Shown one piece after another: positions 13,070 to 28,171 of a stretch of 64,000 nucleotides of DNA. A program made the translations under genes and the position numbers. The stretch is taken from NCBI GenBank assembly GCA_964016885.1, contig OZ024742.1:200074001-200138000 (forward strand), in the 5' to 3' direction. Source of the stretch: Eledone cirrhosa. Lineage: Eukaryota. The notes under the pieces were generated by a model. That model was not told the origin of the DNA. It ran no database searches and worked only from the letters and a program-made list of their open reading frames with translations. Position 1 is the first letter of the stretch. Each line of letters starts with the position of its first letter.

Positions 13070-16060
13070 GATTTGAATGGATACAGTTTAGTTGAAAGGA
13101 ATTTATTGACACGTGTTTCTATAACAGTTACATAACCTGAAAACAGCTGATATCTACAAAGTTTTAGTTATGCAGACATTCAATATTTCAATGTTATTAT
13201 TTACTGTCATTTCATCAGAATAATATTATTGAGGACCTATTTGGTTTTTATAGAGAATATTAGGAGGGAGGGGTGAAGTTGTTAGAAGAATAGTTGAGGG
13301 AGTGGTTTGTTGATAGCAGTGAGAATTTTTGGTGGCAGTGAGTAATTAGATTCCCATCTGTTGTTTTGACATTTTTATAGAATATATTATTGGTTATTTT
13401 TCTAAATTTATAGAAGGATTAGAGATAGTAAAGATATGCGTGGTTGGTTTTGTGTTTGCACTTAATTAACATTCAGACTTAAATTTTTCTTTCAAGTGTA
13501 TGTATCCTTTCACCCACGCATTCACACACAAATATATTTGCACACCTCTACAAAATACATATACTCACATTCACATATTCATACTTACATACATATACAC
13601 ATGCATACATATATATATACACACATGTATTCATGTACATACATACGCGTTCATGTGTATACATTTTCATACTCAACTTATCTTTATATACACACGCATA
13701 GACACACGCATATATACATACATACTCTAGTCTATGTGTACACATATACATATACATACACATCTATACACACATATATATATACACACACATATATATA
13801 TATATATATAAGCACTTTAATACATGAATACACTTACATCCTACTATACACATCAAACATATATATATATTTACTTATTTATATACATTTTCACATATAT
13901 ATACATACTTATGGACGTTTTTAGACACATTCATTATCGCATATTTGCACCTATTTTCATCAGCATATCTTTCCATTATTAGTGTGGTAATTTAAGGTTA
14001 TTAATATATGTTGAGAAGAGATTGTTTTTATATTTTTCTAACTAGAATGAGGTTTATATAGTTGGGGGGGGGGGGGATGTCCCTCTTTTATGTAATATTC
14101 GGCTTGTAGTGGGAAAAAAGGGTTTTAGCTCTGTGACGGCAGAATAATGTTCGTTCAATTCTGTTATTCAGCAATTTCTTCTTGTGTGTGATTATGTAAT
14201 AAATCTCAAGATTACATAATTTACAGAAATTTCGGCTACTGGAAAAGCTTTGGGTTTTAGCTAATTTCTCCCATTTTAGAGTAAACTTTTGATCGCTATC
14301 CCTGAGCGTCCAAGCTTTTTCTGCTAAAGTTGTTACATTTCTTTGGCTCTGGTGTTTTATTGAGTAAGAATGCCTATATAATCGAGATTTGAACGATGTT
14401 GCCGTTGATCCCACGTAATACCACTCGTTACCTCCGGATTTAATGGTACACTTATAAATAATATTTTTTTCCAGGCAGTTATTGCCGAGGGGGCAGTTGT
14501 CAGGATAGGTGCAGTTACAGTTGTATCTGGAGTAGTATTGCGGACGGACTTAGGTGTGGTTTATTTATGTTCTGTAGTGTATTGTCTACCGTTTTTTTTG
14601 TGTTTTTTGTACTTAAGTTCTTAGTGTTTTCGTTTAACCTTCTAGTATTGATCTTTTTTATGTGTTTTTCAAGGTTTAACGCTGTAGAGTATGACAGTCT
14701 TATAGTGGTTGGGTTTAGGATTTTGTGGTATTTGTGTGATGTAGGAAAATGTCTCTTAATTATTTTAAAGAAGAGTACTGGTAAATTTGTACTAATGGAA
14801 CTATTGTATTCGGGGTTATGCCATAAGTACTCTTTGCATCGCTTTCTATTAGTTTTGTTTGTTGGTTTACTGGTGTGCATACTACGGTAGTAAGTGTGGT
14901 TTGGTGTTGTGTTATTATATCTACCTATGTGGGATTTATTTTGGGTGTTTTGATTGTTCCCATCTATATACTCTATTTTGTTGAGGTAGCCTGCTTTACT
15001 AAGGGCGTTATCGTAGTACTCGGCGTGTTCCTTAAATACTTGTATGTTAGAAGATAGACCCGAGATTCTAAGGGAAATATTTTTAGGGATAGATTTAATT
15101 ATAGAGATGGGGTGGTTAGATCCAACATTTACGTATTTGAGATTTTCATTCAATTTATGAAACGGTTTAATCAATCCAGAGTTTAAATTGAGTGTGACAT
15201 CCAGGAAGTTAACTACTTTAAGGTTGTATTCATATGTTATAGTTAGTCCTATTTCGAGTAGTAGTTTTCTTATATCTTTGCGTAGTTTTTCTAGTTTTTG
15301 GTTACTTAGGTTTTTAACTAGGAGAACATCGTCGCGGTATATTCCGCCGTGGAGATTGCTGAATTTTTCCTGGAGTCTAAAGGCGATAAATAACCCCACA
15401 ATATCAGTTATTTCCGCCGAATCGTTAGAGCCCATTGTTATGTCAAAGTTAGAGGGTCTATCTTTACGTACCCAATAACTGTTCTCAAATTTGACTATAG
15501 TTTTCCTAGCTTCTAGTATAATCTTAATTTCATCGTTTGTAAGGTCAGAGTTATCCTTAGCAAACTTAATGGCTCTATTCAAAGTTTCAGGTGATATCGA
15601 TGAGTAATATTCATCGATATCAAACTGGATAAACTTAGATTTATTCTTATTGCTAATGCTATTAAACCATCTTATTGCTTCTTGGGTCTTCCCCCAGAGT
15701 TTAATGTTAACCTTAGCCCTAATTTGGGGGATGATTCTATCTAAGATATATTTGCTTATTTTACCTATATCTGATTTAGAGGGGCAGATTAATCTAATTT
15801 TAGGGTCATTATCAAAGTTTACCTTATGGTCCTTAAGATTGAAGGTGGGTACCGCCGGTAAGAGTGGTCCTGTCCTATCTTCGATTCCGAGATTTTTCAC
15901 TATTTCGCATGCCTCATCATTGATGTGCTTAAGAGTTACTTCATTCGTTTTTCTATATTTTTTATGTAATTCTTTTCGAATGAAGTTGTTGTATGTAGTG
16001 CAATCCATAGTATACAGGTTTGATGTTTTGTCCGCTTTTACTACAATTCCTTTGGTGTTT
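13070..16060 (-). mobile_element. Penelope-like retroelement, 5'-truncated at (TA)n: RT plus C-terminal GIY-YIG, one frameshift
   Basis: RT motifs FIQFDIDEYYSSI, FDITMGSNDSAE, GIYRDD. Cys linker CNC..CPLGNNCL. Endonuclease IIY..YVGSTATSFKSR..H, CKLCNLE, FCRH (to 14088). The YRDD type is tentatively Nematis-like. Confidence 0.9.
13103..13223 (-). ncRNA. Type I hammerhead ribozyme in the 3' pseudo-LTR region of the PLE at 14088-16060
   Basis: On the minus strand: TTATT-CTGATGA-aATGACAGT..ACTGTTATa-GAAAC-ACGT-GTC-AATAA, with palindromic stem III. Confidence 0.78.
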
Positions 16061-16143
16061 ATATATATATATATATATATATATATTTCGTTTCTGAATT
16101 TGTTTAGCAATATTCTTTATATGAAAACGTGTGTTGAAACCGA

Positions 16144-16936
<793 letters not shown>

Positions 16937-17204
16937 AATAATAATAATAATGCTTTCTTTATTAACCACAAGGGTTTACACAAAGTAGACAATAAGGACA
17001 GTACAGGACAATACAGGACGGTACAAAAGGGCATTTCTACGTGTAAAAAAAACAAAAAAACGGAGGATGTAATAATAGAACAATGAAAAGATTCCCCAAT
17101 AGGGGGGGGGGGGGACTTCGGAGGGACATTCGTGGAGAAAGCCCATTAAAAAGCCACAGTGACCCTGACCACCAGGGCAAGTGCCCTCTCCCAGTTTTCC
17201 ACCT

Positions 17205-19873
17205 TTAATTTACAGACACATACTCAGAGTATGCCTCTCTCACCCATCTTTCAACAAAATGCTGGGAAGAGAGCACTTCCCTGTCTACCCTGATTTTCCT
17301 TTTCAAATGAAATTTGAAAAAGTTAATCAGGGCATCACCGAAGAGGTAAGTGCTCGTCTTCAGCCCTTTCAAACGTGTCCACCATACTATCTCTTTCGCC
17401 ATGGGCACCAGACAGATAAAAACTGCCTGCCCTTCCCGGCTAAAGGAAGATGGCGGGGCAATCCTCACGATGGACTCAGCTGATAGCTGGATCCGTCCTA
17501 CACGCGACAGCAGGTGTTCGACATAAACCCACATGCCAGCAATGCTCGGACACTGGACGAGTGCGTGCAGGACGGTTTCGTCGCCCTGCACGCATCTCGG
17601 ACATGCCCGGCTGACGGCACCTCCATGCCTGTAGAGTTTATCCCGAACTGGCAAAGCTCCTCCGTAGCACTGCCAGGCCAGGGATTTCTGGAAGTTGTCC
17701 ATAGGCCCCGGCCCGAAAGTTCTTCCGAAGAGATTGGCTAGTTGATTTTCGTCGACGCCTAGAGTTTCCCCAAGTACGTCGTCGGTCTTCCCGTTCTATA
17801 GAACGCCAAGGTGGCGTTTCCACCGATCACATTGCCCGATTGGTCGAGGGCTGTGAGCGCCTGAACACATTCCAGTCTCCAAGCGCTCCCTTTCGGTCTT
17901 CGCTTGACCCAGGACTGCAGCTCCGTCAAGGAGACGAGCTGGGGAAAGACTCGTCTAGCAAACGGCGATCACACCTGATCACCGTCGAGGAAGAGGTGGA
18001 GATGTCGTAGCCTGAGCGCGTGTCTGCGCTTCATCAGCCACGGCATACCCAGCCCTAAACGTAGCGGGTGCTGACCATCGGAGCAAGTCCCTTCCACAAA
18101 AAGCGAAAGAGCAAACGCTCCAGCGCAGTCAGGCGGGGCTTAGGACAAGGTACGACGGTCGGGCGGTAGTAGATGACGGACGCGATGTACGCGTTAGCCA
18201 CCTCCGCTCGACTTTTCAGGGATAGCTTCCTCTCCGCCCATTTCTGGGTGAGAGAAGCCACCCTGCTCGTCACCTCGTCCAAGTTTTTGTCCGTCTGGAG
18301 GTCCGGACCGAACCAGACCCCTAGCAATTTAACCGGTCCGTCCGTCCAGCGCCCGACGACGCTGTTGGACCGCATGGACCTGCCTCTCCAGGTGCCGAGC
18401 TGCAAGCCCACTTACTTTTCCTGGTTGATCATTGCTCCTGTCACCGCTTCGTATTCTCTTAGTGTAGTGCAGACCATCCAAAGGGCAGACCATCCAAACC
18501 AGGCGATTTACCCCTTGTGCAACCAGTCATTGCCTCCCTTACTTCAGCGGCTGTTATCGGCTTTTCGCAACACTCCACCTCAGTGGCCGAGAGCCGCGGC
18601 AGTCCGTCGAGGTAGACACTAAAGTCCATCCCTCGACCCGGCCCACCGCTGCCCCCGAACAGCTGAGCGAAGTGTCGCTGAAAAGCTTCACACATTTTCC
18701 CGGGATCGAGTAGCATGCGACCGTCGTGGTCCACCAAAGACCGGATCGTGGCTTTGTTGCCACGACGCGCCTCCGCCACTCGGGCCCATTGAACGGCTTT
18801 CTTCCCCTCGTGTCTGAGAGCACGCACCCTAGCTCTGAAACGCAGCCTTCGTGCTTTGCATTGAAGAATTGGTCAAGGGCCAATTTCGCCGCAAGCACGT
18901 CGGTCGCGATGCCTTTGCTAAGCGCCTCATCTAATTTTCTAACTAGTTCTCCCTCTGCTCTATTTTTCTCTATTGCTAAAGCCTTACTAAACCTAATCAA
19001 TTCTATTCTAATCGCTCTTTTCAGAGCAAACCACCACTTGTTGTTGACGATAGCCCCCGTCAACGCACGCTTTACTAGTTCGCTAATCCGGTCTTTGTAG
19101 GCCTTCCGCGCTGGTAAGGACGCGTTTAGCTTCCAGTAGCCGGGTCCTCGTCTATGAAGCCTATCTAAGTCAAGCACACAGATCACGAATTTGTGGTCCG
19201 CGTAACTGACTATCTTGAATCGTGGACAGCCTATGCTAGACCTATCTATTTCCCTACAAAATACTCTATCTAGATATGATCTGGATGACCCTATGCGATT
19301 TGTCCAAGTCCACATTGTCACATTCGGGAAATCTAATCGGTACCTGTCAGACAGTTCAAAACGCCTGAGCAGGTTGGTGAGGCTCTTGCACCCTCCACCC
19401 CTATCCGCTAATCCCATACAGTCCCAGCGTGCATCTAAGATCCCGTTCCAGTCGCCCACTAACACTAAAGAGCGGGACGTTCCAAGAAAGGTCTCCAGAC
19501 GCCGGAAGAAATCAGGCCGCCCTGCTCCTGTCGGGGCATAGACGGCCACTAGCCTGAAAGCTTGCCCGTCTCCGCTGGTCACGTCCAGCACCACCAACTT
19601 ACCCTCTGGGTCCAGGAAGATGGCCCGTATGGCGAGATCCAAACCTCTCCGAAAAAGCACAGCAACTCCACCCCCTGATCCAGGACGGCTGGGAGATGCG
19701 TACACATCGTAGCCGCCGAAGATCGGTGCGAAAGCCCGTGCTTCGGAGATTCTGGTCTCGCTGATGGCCACTACATCTATGTTTAGTGACCTGAGGTCGT
19801 TGAGCAGGTGACACTGCTTCCATGACGACCCCAAGCCACGCGCATTTATGCTGCCTATTCTGAGTGAGGTCAT
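17205..19873 (-). pseudogene. LINE ORF2 (APE endonuclease, RT deleted, zinc finger), frameshifted
   Basis: SINARGL, AISET, VYAP, VGDWN, SYLDR, DH motifs. The sequence jumps from SPGLDGLP directly to LREYEAVTG at ~18460-18490. Confidence 0.88.
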
Positions 19874-19908
19874 GTTTAAAATAGAGTGGAAAAGATGGGA
19901 AAGACCAC

Positions 19909-21630
19909 TTACCGTACTTTTCGTAGAGGAGGGATGGTTTTTCCATCCCTTTTCACTTGATCGTCTGGTGAAGGGACCGTTGAATCGTCTCTTCGGCTGG
20001 TCGTCGGCTCTTCTATGAGTATGTCCGAATATACTCTTCGGTTGAGTGTCCCTCCTAGGTCTCTGAAATCACCAACTGCGTTGGTGAATTTCGTTTTAAT
20101 GTTTGTGTATTGTTTCTGTGCTATTTTTAGCAGTCTTATGTTAGTTGGCGTTTTGATTGGTGCTGGTATTATGTAGTCGTCTTGTGAAATGTCTGTGTGT
20201 TCAATTATGTAAGTCATTAGTTTCTTGTTGTGTGTATTTATTGCCGTGCATTTGTTTTTCTGGGGGTGGGGTGTGGTTCTGCTATTTTCTTGTCGTTGTT
20301 GCTGGGTGTGTGTGTTTTGTTGTTGTGTTTGCGATGTTGGTGCTTGTGGTGGTGGTGTTGAAGGTGTTGTTGGCGGTGGGGTTGTCGCCGGTGGTGATGG
20401 TGGTGCTAGTGTGGGTGGTGATGGTGTTGGTGGTGTTGCTGCTGTGAGTCTCTTTGCAGTAGCCTTTACCCATTTTTCATTTCTTTCCTCCCTTTTCAAA
20501 GGCGACGATGCGCTGCTTCTGCGTTTGTGCCTTCTTACGACCTTTTGCCATCCCTCTCCCACCTCACACTCCATGTCTGATTCTGTGAGGTCGGGGAGGG
20601 GTACCAGCTCCACTCTTTCACTTGTTGTTGTTGGTGATGTTTGCACTGGAGTCTCTGTTGCAGCTGCATTTGGTATTGCTGTTGTTATTGTTAATATTTC
20701 CACTGCTGCTGCTGTTTTTGATTTCCGTGGCGTGGGTAATGGTGCCACGGACCTATCGTTCCTGGTTGCCGCTTGTCCTGTTGCTGGTAGCCGTGTAGCC
20801 GGTTTCGGAAGGAGGGGGGTTTTCTCCTTTCTCCGGGTCTTCTCGTTGCAGAAGGCCCTGAGGTGAGTCTTCGATCCACAGCGAAAGCATTTCGGGCGTT
20901 TGCCCTCAACACTTATGGGCAGTTGAATGCCGTTGTCGAAGTCTATCACATCCGGGATAGCTTCGATGCACTCCTGGTTGGTTTGGATTAACATCTCAAT
21001 GGAGGTGCCGACCCAATCTTCTCTTACTTTTTTCTGTACTTGTAGTACAGTTGTTTTGTCCTCGATTCCGACGAGGACAGACGCGGCCAGCCAAGAAGGG
21101 ACCATCCCGGGGGGGACGTGGGTCAGTTTGACCCTCACAATTTTTTGCCCGCAGTAGGAGGGCACCAACACCATTTCCTCGCTCCTTAGGGTCACTAAGA
21201 ATTGATCCTTTACCTCCTGGGGTGTGGCAAAAAGTACGTCTACGGTGGCATATTTCTTCCCTCGGGTGATGTGCGTTTTCCGCTGCCACACAGACCCCAA
21301 GGCTTTTTGTATTTGAGCCTCTGTGGCTCTTTCAACCCTACGGGATTTTGTACTTACTGTACGGTACGTGACCGTACAGTGCTGTTGGGTTTCGAAAAAT
21401 GTTTCCGCTGCCTTGCAGATTGCTCGGTGTCCAGTTTTTGTCACCATCTTCTTCGCTTCCTCTAATTCATCATTTGTTATGAGGATGGTTTCCAGGTTCT
21501 TTGAGATACCTGCAAACGAGATTGTTTTTTCTTTGCTGTTGTTGTCGTCAGAGCTGCTGTTACTTTTGTTGTTGCTGCAGGTACTACGAGTACTGCCGCC
21601 GCCGCTGTTGCTGTGGTTGTTGTTGTTGTT

Positions 21631-21670
<40 letters not shown>

Positions 21671-22074
21671 TTGCTGCTAATGCTGTTGTTGTTTATGCTG
21701 CTGCTGATGCTGTTGCGGCTGCTACTGTTATTTTCCTTGACACTGTTGCTGTTGTTATTACGGCTGCTACTGCTATCATTCCTGACGTCAGACGAATGAA
21801 ATGGGTTTTCGTATTTCCCGCACACCTGTTTCGTCGTTGTCGTCGTCGTCGTGGAGTAATCTTGCACGCTTTGCACGAGACTTTTCTTTTCTGTCGTCGC
21901 TTGCGAAAGAGAAGGGAGGGAGAGAGACACATTTAAAGAAGGGAGGGAGAGAGACAATCTTCTCTCTGCTGTAGTGACGATTGAGGAAGAAGAAGACGGA
22001 ATGAGTGGGAGTGACCTATGAAAATTCTTTTTCGTAGCCATGTTGTTTTTTTGTTTAAAATAAATATTGGGCAC
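19909..22074 (-). CDS. LINE ORF1 (gag-like protein with CCHC zinc knuckle)
   Basis: 721 aa open frame with CFRCGSKTHLRAFC and low-complexity N/S and P/T tracts. Homologous to the ORF1 remnants of copies 2 and 3. The true start is probably the ATG at 22041. Confidence 0.8.
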
Positions 22075-22256
22075 AAAACCCCAATAAACAGTTATTTAAC
22101 CCCGAAGGGCCAAATAACGGGCAGAAAGACCCCTCTCACGAGGAGGAGGGTGTTTTTGTCTACAAGTTGGTTAAAGTTTTAAACAATTTACAATTGTTAT
22201 AGCGGTCAAAATTTACAATACCTTACAGAGCCGAGCCTCCGTCAACCATAGCATTC

Positions 22257-22289
<33 letters not shown>

Positions 22290-22291
<2 letters not shown>

Positions 22292-25200
22292 TTTCATTTA
22301 TTGGCCACAAGGGCCGACTTATAGGGGACAATACAAAAGACTGAGACAGGTTTTACAGAAAAATCGACAGGTTTTACAGAAAAATCGAGTAAACAATATG
22401 AATAACAATAATAAAGTAACAATAACAAAGTAACAATAAAGTAACAATAAAATTACAACAAGAAAAAATTCCCCAATAGGGGGGATGACCACCTAGGGTT
22501 CGCTCAGGTACCCCACCAGTCCTGAACGACCCGACGCTTCGTGGGCACCCTTGAAGGGCACCCCTCTCCTCTTCAAATTTACCTACCTACAGCCGCATGA
22601 CCAGAGAAGGCCCACTCACACGGGCCATTCTCGCCACATTCACCCACCTTTCAGCAAATGTACTAGGGGGCAGCACTTCTCTCTCCACCCTCACCTTCCT
22701 TTCCAAGTGAAACTTGAAAAAGTTGATGTGGGACTGGCCGAAGAGAAAAGTGTCTGTCTTCAGTCCTTTCAACCTCGTCCACCATACAACCTCTTTCGCT
22801 ACTGTAACCAGACAGAGGAAAATTGCCTGCCCTTCCTGGCCAAAGGAAGGCGGCAGGTCGATCTCCACTATGGACTCGGCCGATAGCCGGATCCGTTCTA
22901 CACGCGACAACAGCTGTTCAACATAACTCCACAAGTCAGTAATGCACGGACACTGGACGAGTGCGTGCAGAACGGTTTCGTCGCTCTGCGCGCATCTCGG
23001 GCAGGTCCGTCTGACAGCACTTCCGTGCCTGTAGAGTTTATCTCGAACCGGCAGTGTCCCCCGGTAGCACTGCCAAGCGAGGGATTTTTGGAAGTTATCC
23101 ATCGTCCCCGGCTCGAAAGTCCTCCGGTACAGACTGGTTAGTTCGACTTCGTTGACTCCCAGAGCCTCTCCGAATGCGTAGTCGCACTTGCTCACCACTA
23201 ATCCTCTATAGAACTCGAGAGTGGAAGTTCCACTGACCGCATTGCCCTCCTGGTAGAGGGCAGTGAGTGCCTGGCAACATTCTAGATGCCAGTCACCCAG
23301 TCTCGGTCTCTTCTTGACCCAGGACTGCAACTCAGTCAAAGAAACGAGCTGCGGAAAGGCCCGTCTGACAAACGGCGACCACACCTGTTCACCGTTTAGG
23401 CAGAATATCTGGAGATATCAGAATATCTCAGCGCATGCCTGCGCATCATTAGCCACGGCATGCCCAGCCCTCCACGTAGAGGGTGCTGGCAGCAGATGGA
23501 CCCCCTCACCAGCAGAACCTGACCCCGCCACAAGAATCTGAAGAGGAGCCGCTCCAAGATGGCGAGGCGCGAACGGGGGCAAGGGACGACAGTCAGACGG
23601 TAGTAGATGACGGACGCGATGTACGCGTTCGCCACCTCCGCCCGACCTTTCAGTGACAGCTTCACCCAAGCCCATTTCTGGGTGAGACTGACTACCCTTC
23701 CCGTCACCTCGTCCCAATTCTTATTCACCTGGATGTATGGCCCGAACCAAACCCCTAGCAACTTTACCGGTCCGTCCGTCCAACGCCTAACGACGCTGTT
23801 GGACGGCATGGACTTGCCTCTCCAGGTGCCGAGTTTCAAGCCCACTGACTTTTCCGGGTTAGAGTTTTGCTCCCGTCAACCTTTCATATTCCTCCAATAA
23901 GTTGCCGACCACCTCGATTTCTGAGGTGTCCGACACCATCACGGTGATGTCGTCCGCATAAGCCGACACAGCCTTTCCGCGTCCCGGTTCGAGCGGGATG
24001 CCCTGCAACAACTCCAGCTTCCGCAGTAAAGGCTCTAGAGTCAATACGTACAGAAGGGAGGAGAGAGGGCACCTTTGACGGACCAATCGGGAGACCTGAA
24101 ACGGTTCCGAGAGGTGCCCAGTAATTTTGACCATCGAGCAGGTGCCGCTGTGCATTGCTGCGATCCAGCTTCTGAAGACGGAGCCGAAGCCAGCCGCCTT
24201 GAGGACAGCCTCCAGGTACCGATGGTCGACCCTATCGAATGCTTTCGATTGATCTAAATTGATCAGAGCCCCACCGAAGCCAGGTTTACACCCTACCCTC
24301 TCTATGATGTATCGCATTAGGTAGAGGTTGTCGTGTATGGACCTGGTTAGGATTGCGCAAGTTTGCGCCTCCCCAACCAAATCCCCGACGACAAGCGCCA
24401 ACCTCTTCGCTAACACCCTGGCCAAAATCTTAAACTCTGTGTTGAGCAGAGTTATGGGCCTGAAATTGTCTAATATGTCCCTCTTGTTCTCGTCTTTCCT
24501 TATCAGCGTCACTACGCCCCGGCTCAAAGAACTGGGAATACTCCCGTTTTGCTGCCAGTTGCAGTAGAGGGCTTCGAGGAGATTGGAGAACAACTCTGGC
24601 ATATTTACGTAAAGCTCGTAGGGCAGACCATCCAAACCGGGTGACTTGCGCCTCATGCAGCCGACAAGGGCATCCTGAATCTCGGCTGAGGTAATTGGCC
24701 TTTCGCAGCGCCCAGCGTCAGCCGTCGAGAGTTGCGGCAAGCCATCGAGGTAGGGACTGAAGTCCGCCACCGTCTCTGACCCGCCACTTCCCCCGAACAA
24801 CCGTGCAAAATGTTGGCGAAAAGCCTCACACATCCTCTTGGAATCGCTCAGCTCGTGCCCGCCTCGGTCCGTCAAAGACCGAATCGTGGTTTTATTACCA
24901 CGCTGCGCCTCTGCCACGCGGGCCCATCGAACAGCTTTGGTTCCCTCGTTTCTCAGAGCACGCGCCTTAGCTCTGACAATGCAACCTTCGTGTTTCGCAT
25001 TGAAGAAATGGTCTAATGCCATTCACGCCGCTAGCATATCAGTTGCAATGCCACTACCAATAGCCTCGTCTAACTTATCTACCAACTCCCCCTCCTTTCT
25101 ATTTTTTTCTAATGCTACTTCTTTGCTAAACTCTATCGACATTACTCTAATCTCTCTTTTGAGACCCTCCCACCATCTATTGTTGACAACTCCCCCTGTC

Positions 25201-28171
25201 AACTTTTTCTTAACTAAATTGTTGACCCGGTCCCTGTAAGCCTTACGTGCTGGAAATGACATGTTTAGCTTCCAGTAACGAGGTCCTAACCTACGCGTTT
25301 TATCTAGGTCGACCATACGGATCACAAACTTGTGATCTGAATAGGCGACCGTTTCAAAACGTGGACAGCTTACACTATTTATGTCTATTTTCCTAATGAA
25401 TATCCTGTCTATATACGATCTAGATGACCCTATGCGGTTAGCCCAGGTCCACACTGGCGCATTAGGGAAATCTAGTCGGTACCTGTCAGACAGTTGGAAC
25501 TGGCTGATCAGATTCTTGAGGCTTTTGCACCCCCCGCTCCTATTGGATACTCCCACACAGTCCCAGCGTCTAAGATGCCCTTCCAGTCCCCCGCTAACAG
25601 TAAACGGCGAGACGTACCCAGAAAGGCTTCCAGGCGTCTAAAGAAGTCCGGCCGTCCTGCCCCAGTAGGAGCATAGACGGCCACCATTATAAAGGCACCA
25701 CCTTCATTATTGTTCACGTCCAGGACCACCAACTTCCCGTCCAGGTCCCGGAAGATCGACCTTAGCTCGAGATCCAGGCCTTTCCTAAACAGAACTGCCA
25801 CCCCGCCTCCCATTCCCGGCCGGCTAACAGATGCAAAGATCTGATAGTCGTCGAAAATGGGGGCTAGTGCGCGCGTGTCGGAAATCCTGGTCTCGCTGAC
25901 TGCAATTACAACCATTTCTATAGACCTGAGGTCGTTGAGCAGGTGACCCTGCTTCCAGGACGATCCCAGGCCTCGAACATTTAAACATCCTACTCTTAAT
26001 ACGGCCATGTTGGCAGGTTAAACAGAGAGAGAGGAAGGTTTACTTACCTTCCGGGCTCTTGTGAAGGTCGGGTTGTTCGACCTCCATAGTTAGTGGAGTT
26101 TCTTTTGGGAACCCCTTTAAAAGTCATGAAGTAGGTTTTACGTTCGGGGTTCCCACGTCCCGAGAAAAGCTGTCTCGTATTTCTTTGAATATGTCGAGCG
26201 ACATTCGCACCAGAACCAAATCTTCCGGCACGCGAAATGTGCTTGATTTAAAACTTTCCCCCTCTTTTTGTATATTTTCACTTCGTGCTACGAGGGCCAT
26301 CAGTTCCTTGTTGGCCCTCCTGATGAGCACGAAGTTTTGTATGTTTTGTTGGTGTGATTTTATTTGTTTGCGTGGCTGTGGTGGTGATGGTTTTGGTGGT
26401 GTTGTTTCAGTTGTATCTGTGTTTGTTGTGAGTGCGGTGTCTGTGGTTTCAGATGTTTGTGTGTATATTTGTTCTTGCGTCTGTTTCGGTTGTTTGCGTT
26501 TGGGGGATTCTGGTGACGGTGGTGTTGATGTTGGTGTTATTGGAGAGATGTTTGCGTGGGTGGTGTCTGCGTTTTTTATTGTGGGTGATTTTGTGCTTTG
26601 TTGAGTTTTTTTTTTCTTTTTGTGTTTCCTTTTTTTTGTATTTTGGGGGATTTGGGATTCCCCTCATTTTCACTACTGGTAGATGAGGGGTCTGTGTCTG
26701 TAAGTGTGTCTGTATGTATGTTTATGGTTTTATTGGTGTGTGTATTTTGGGGGGGAGGGGGAATTTGACAGCTTTCCTCGTTTGCCCCCTGGGTGGTCAA
26801 TGTTGGTGGTGGTCTTTCTATTGGTGTTGTTGTTGGTGGTTTTGCCGGTGCTGGTGTTGGTTGTGGTCCTCACCCCGGCGTCGGCAACAGTGGAGCCTTT
26901 CGACCCCTTGCCTCTTTCAGCAGTTGAGGGCAGAAGGCTCGCAAATGGGTTTTTTCCCCACAAACAAAACACTGCGGCCTTTTTCCTTCGGTCATAATGT
27001 GAATGACCGTCCCATTCTGAAGGCGGATGTGGTCCGGGATTGTCTTCACATTCTCGGGCCTGATCTGGAGAAGGATCTCCAGGTCAACCCCGGACCAGTC
27101 CTCTCTGGCCGTTCTGGTCACTTCTATAGGGACTGTATCCGTCCACTCCACAATCACACATCCCAGAAGCCACCACATGTCAAGTCCTGGTGGGATCCTG
27201 GGAATGCGGAGACGGGCCGTTCTTTTTCCGATGTTTGAGGGGTACATTATGACCTTGCTGGTTTTGCAAGGAGTCATAGCGTGTTTGTTTCATAGCGAGG
27301 GCTTCTGACTTGAACAACACCGAAATGGTGCCGTACTGTCTGCCCCTCTCTATGTACTGGGTGTCTTCTCTGATGCACCTCAGCGCGACTTCGACATCTT
27401 CTTGTGGGATTAAAGCTGCCCTTTTGTTTTGAGCTGAGATGCATCTATAATGCACCGTTTTGCGCTCCACTGCCTCAATAGCTTCTACCGGGACAGTTAA
27501 GTTGGCCCAAGTTTGCTCTTGCTTGATGAGCTTCCATGCCTGGGCCAACTTTTCATCTTTGTTTGAGAGGTCCATGTGGAAGCATGGCCTCTTTTTTGCT
27601 GCTGCCGCAGCGAAAGTGTTCTTCTTGTTTTCGTTGGGGGTGTTTTGGTCGTTGTTCTTGTTGGTGTTGTTGTTAGCACTGTCGCTGTTATCATTGTTGT
27701 CTTTGTTGCCACCGTTGTTCTCGGTGCAGTTGGTATTGTTGCTGTTGGTGTTGTCGCTATTTGTTTTCATGTTAGTGGTGTTGATATTGATGTTCTATTT
27801 GTTATTTTTTTTTTTTTGTTATCTGTATTTTCGTTGTCGCTGTTGCTTTCATTTTTTTCAAAATTAGAGTTCTCATTGGTATCATTGGTGTCTTTGTTTA
27901 CCTTGTTTGTGGTGGTGTTTGTGTTATCAATGTGTGTTAATTTCAATGTGTGTTAACTTCTACGTCGTTGTCGCACGACAGCCGACATATCGCTGGGGGG
28001 CGTACATTTTTTAACATGTAAAAAAAAGTTCAAATATTATACTTTCCCCTTCATGGGGCAAAGTCTAAGGGCTTATATCCCTTACACAACAAGAAATATT
28101 TAACAACAAATAATTTTAACAAGCAAATAAAGCGACTTACTGTGAGCGAGCAAAATACGTCCGCTTAGACC
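22290..28171 (-). mobile_element. Tx1/L1-clade LINE copy 2 (full length, frameshifted)
   Basis: ORF1 remnants with CFVCGEKTHLRAFC. ORF2 26008-22587 has APE, RT (NFRPITLLN, LDQSKAFDRV, AYADD) and a C-terminal zinc finger. (AAT)n on both sides. Confidence 0.92.

Larger units (their letters stand above)
16952..22256 (-). mobile_element. Tx1/L1-clade LINE copy 1 (ORF1 open, ORF2 with the RT core deleted)
   Basis: Two-ORF layout, APE endonuclease, C-terminal CPRC..ETVLHALVQC, flanked by (AAT)n on both sides. Confidence 0.9.
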
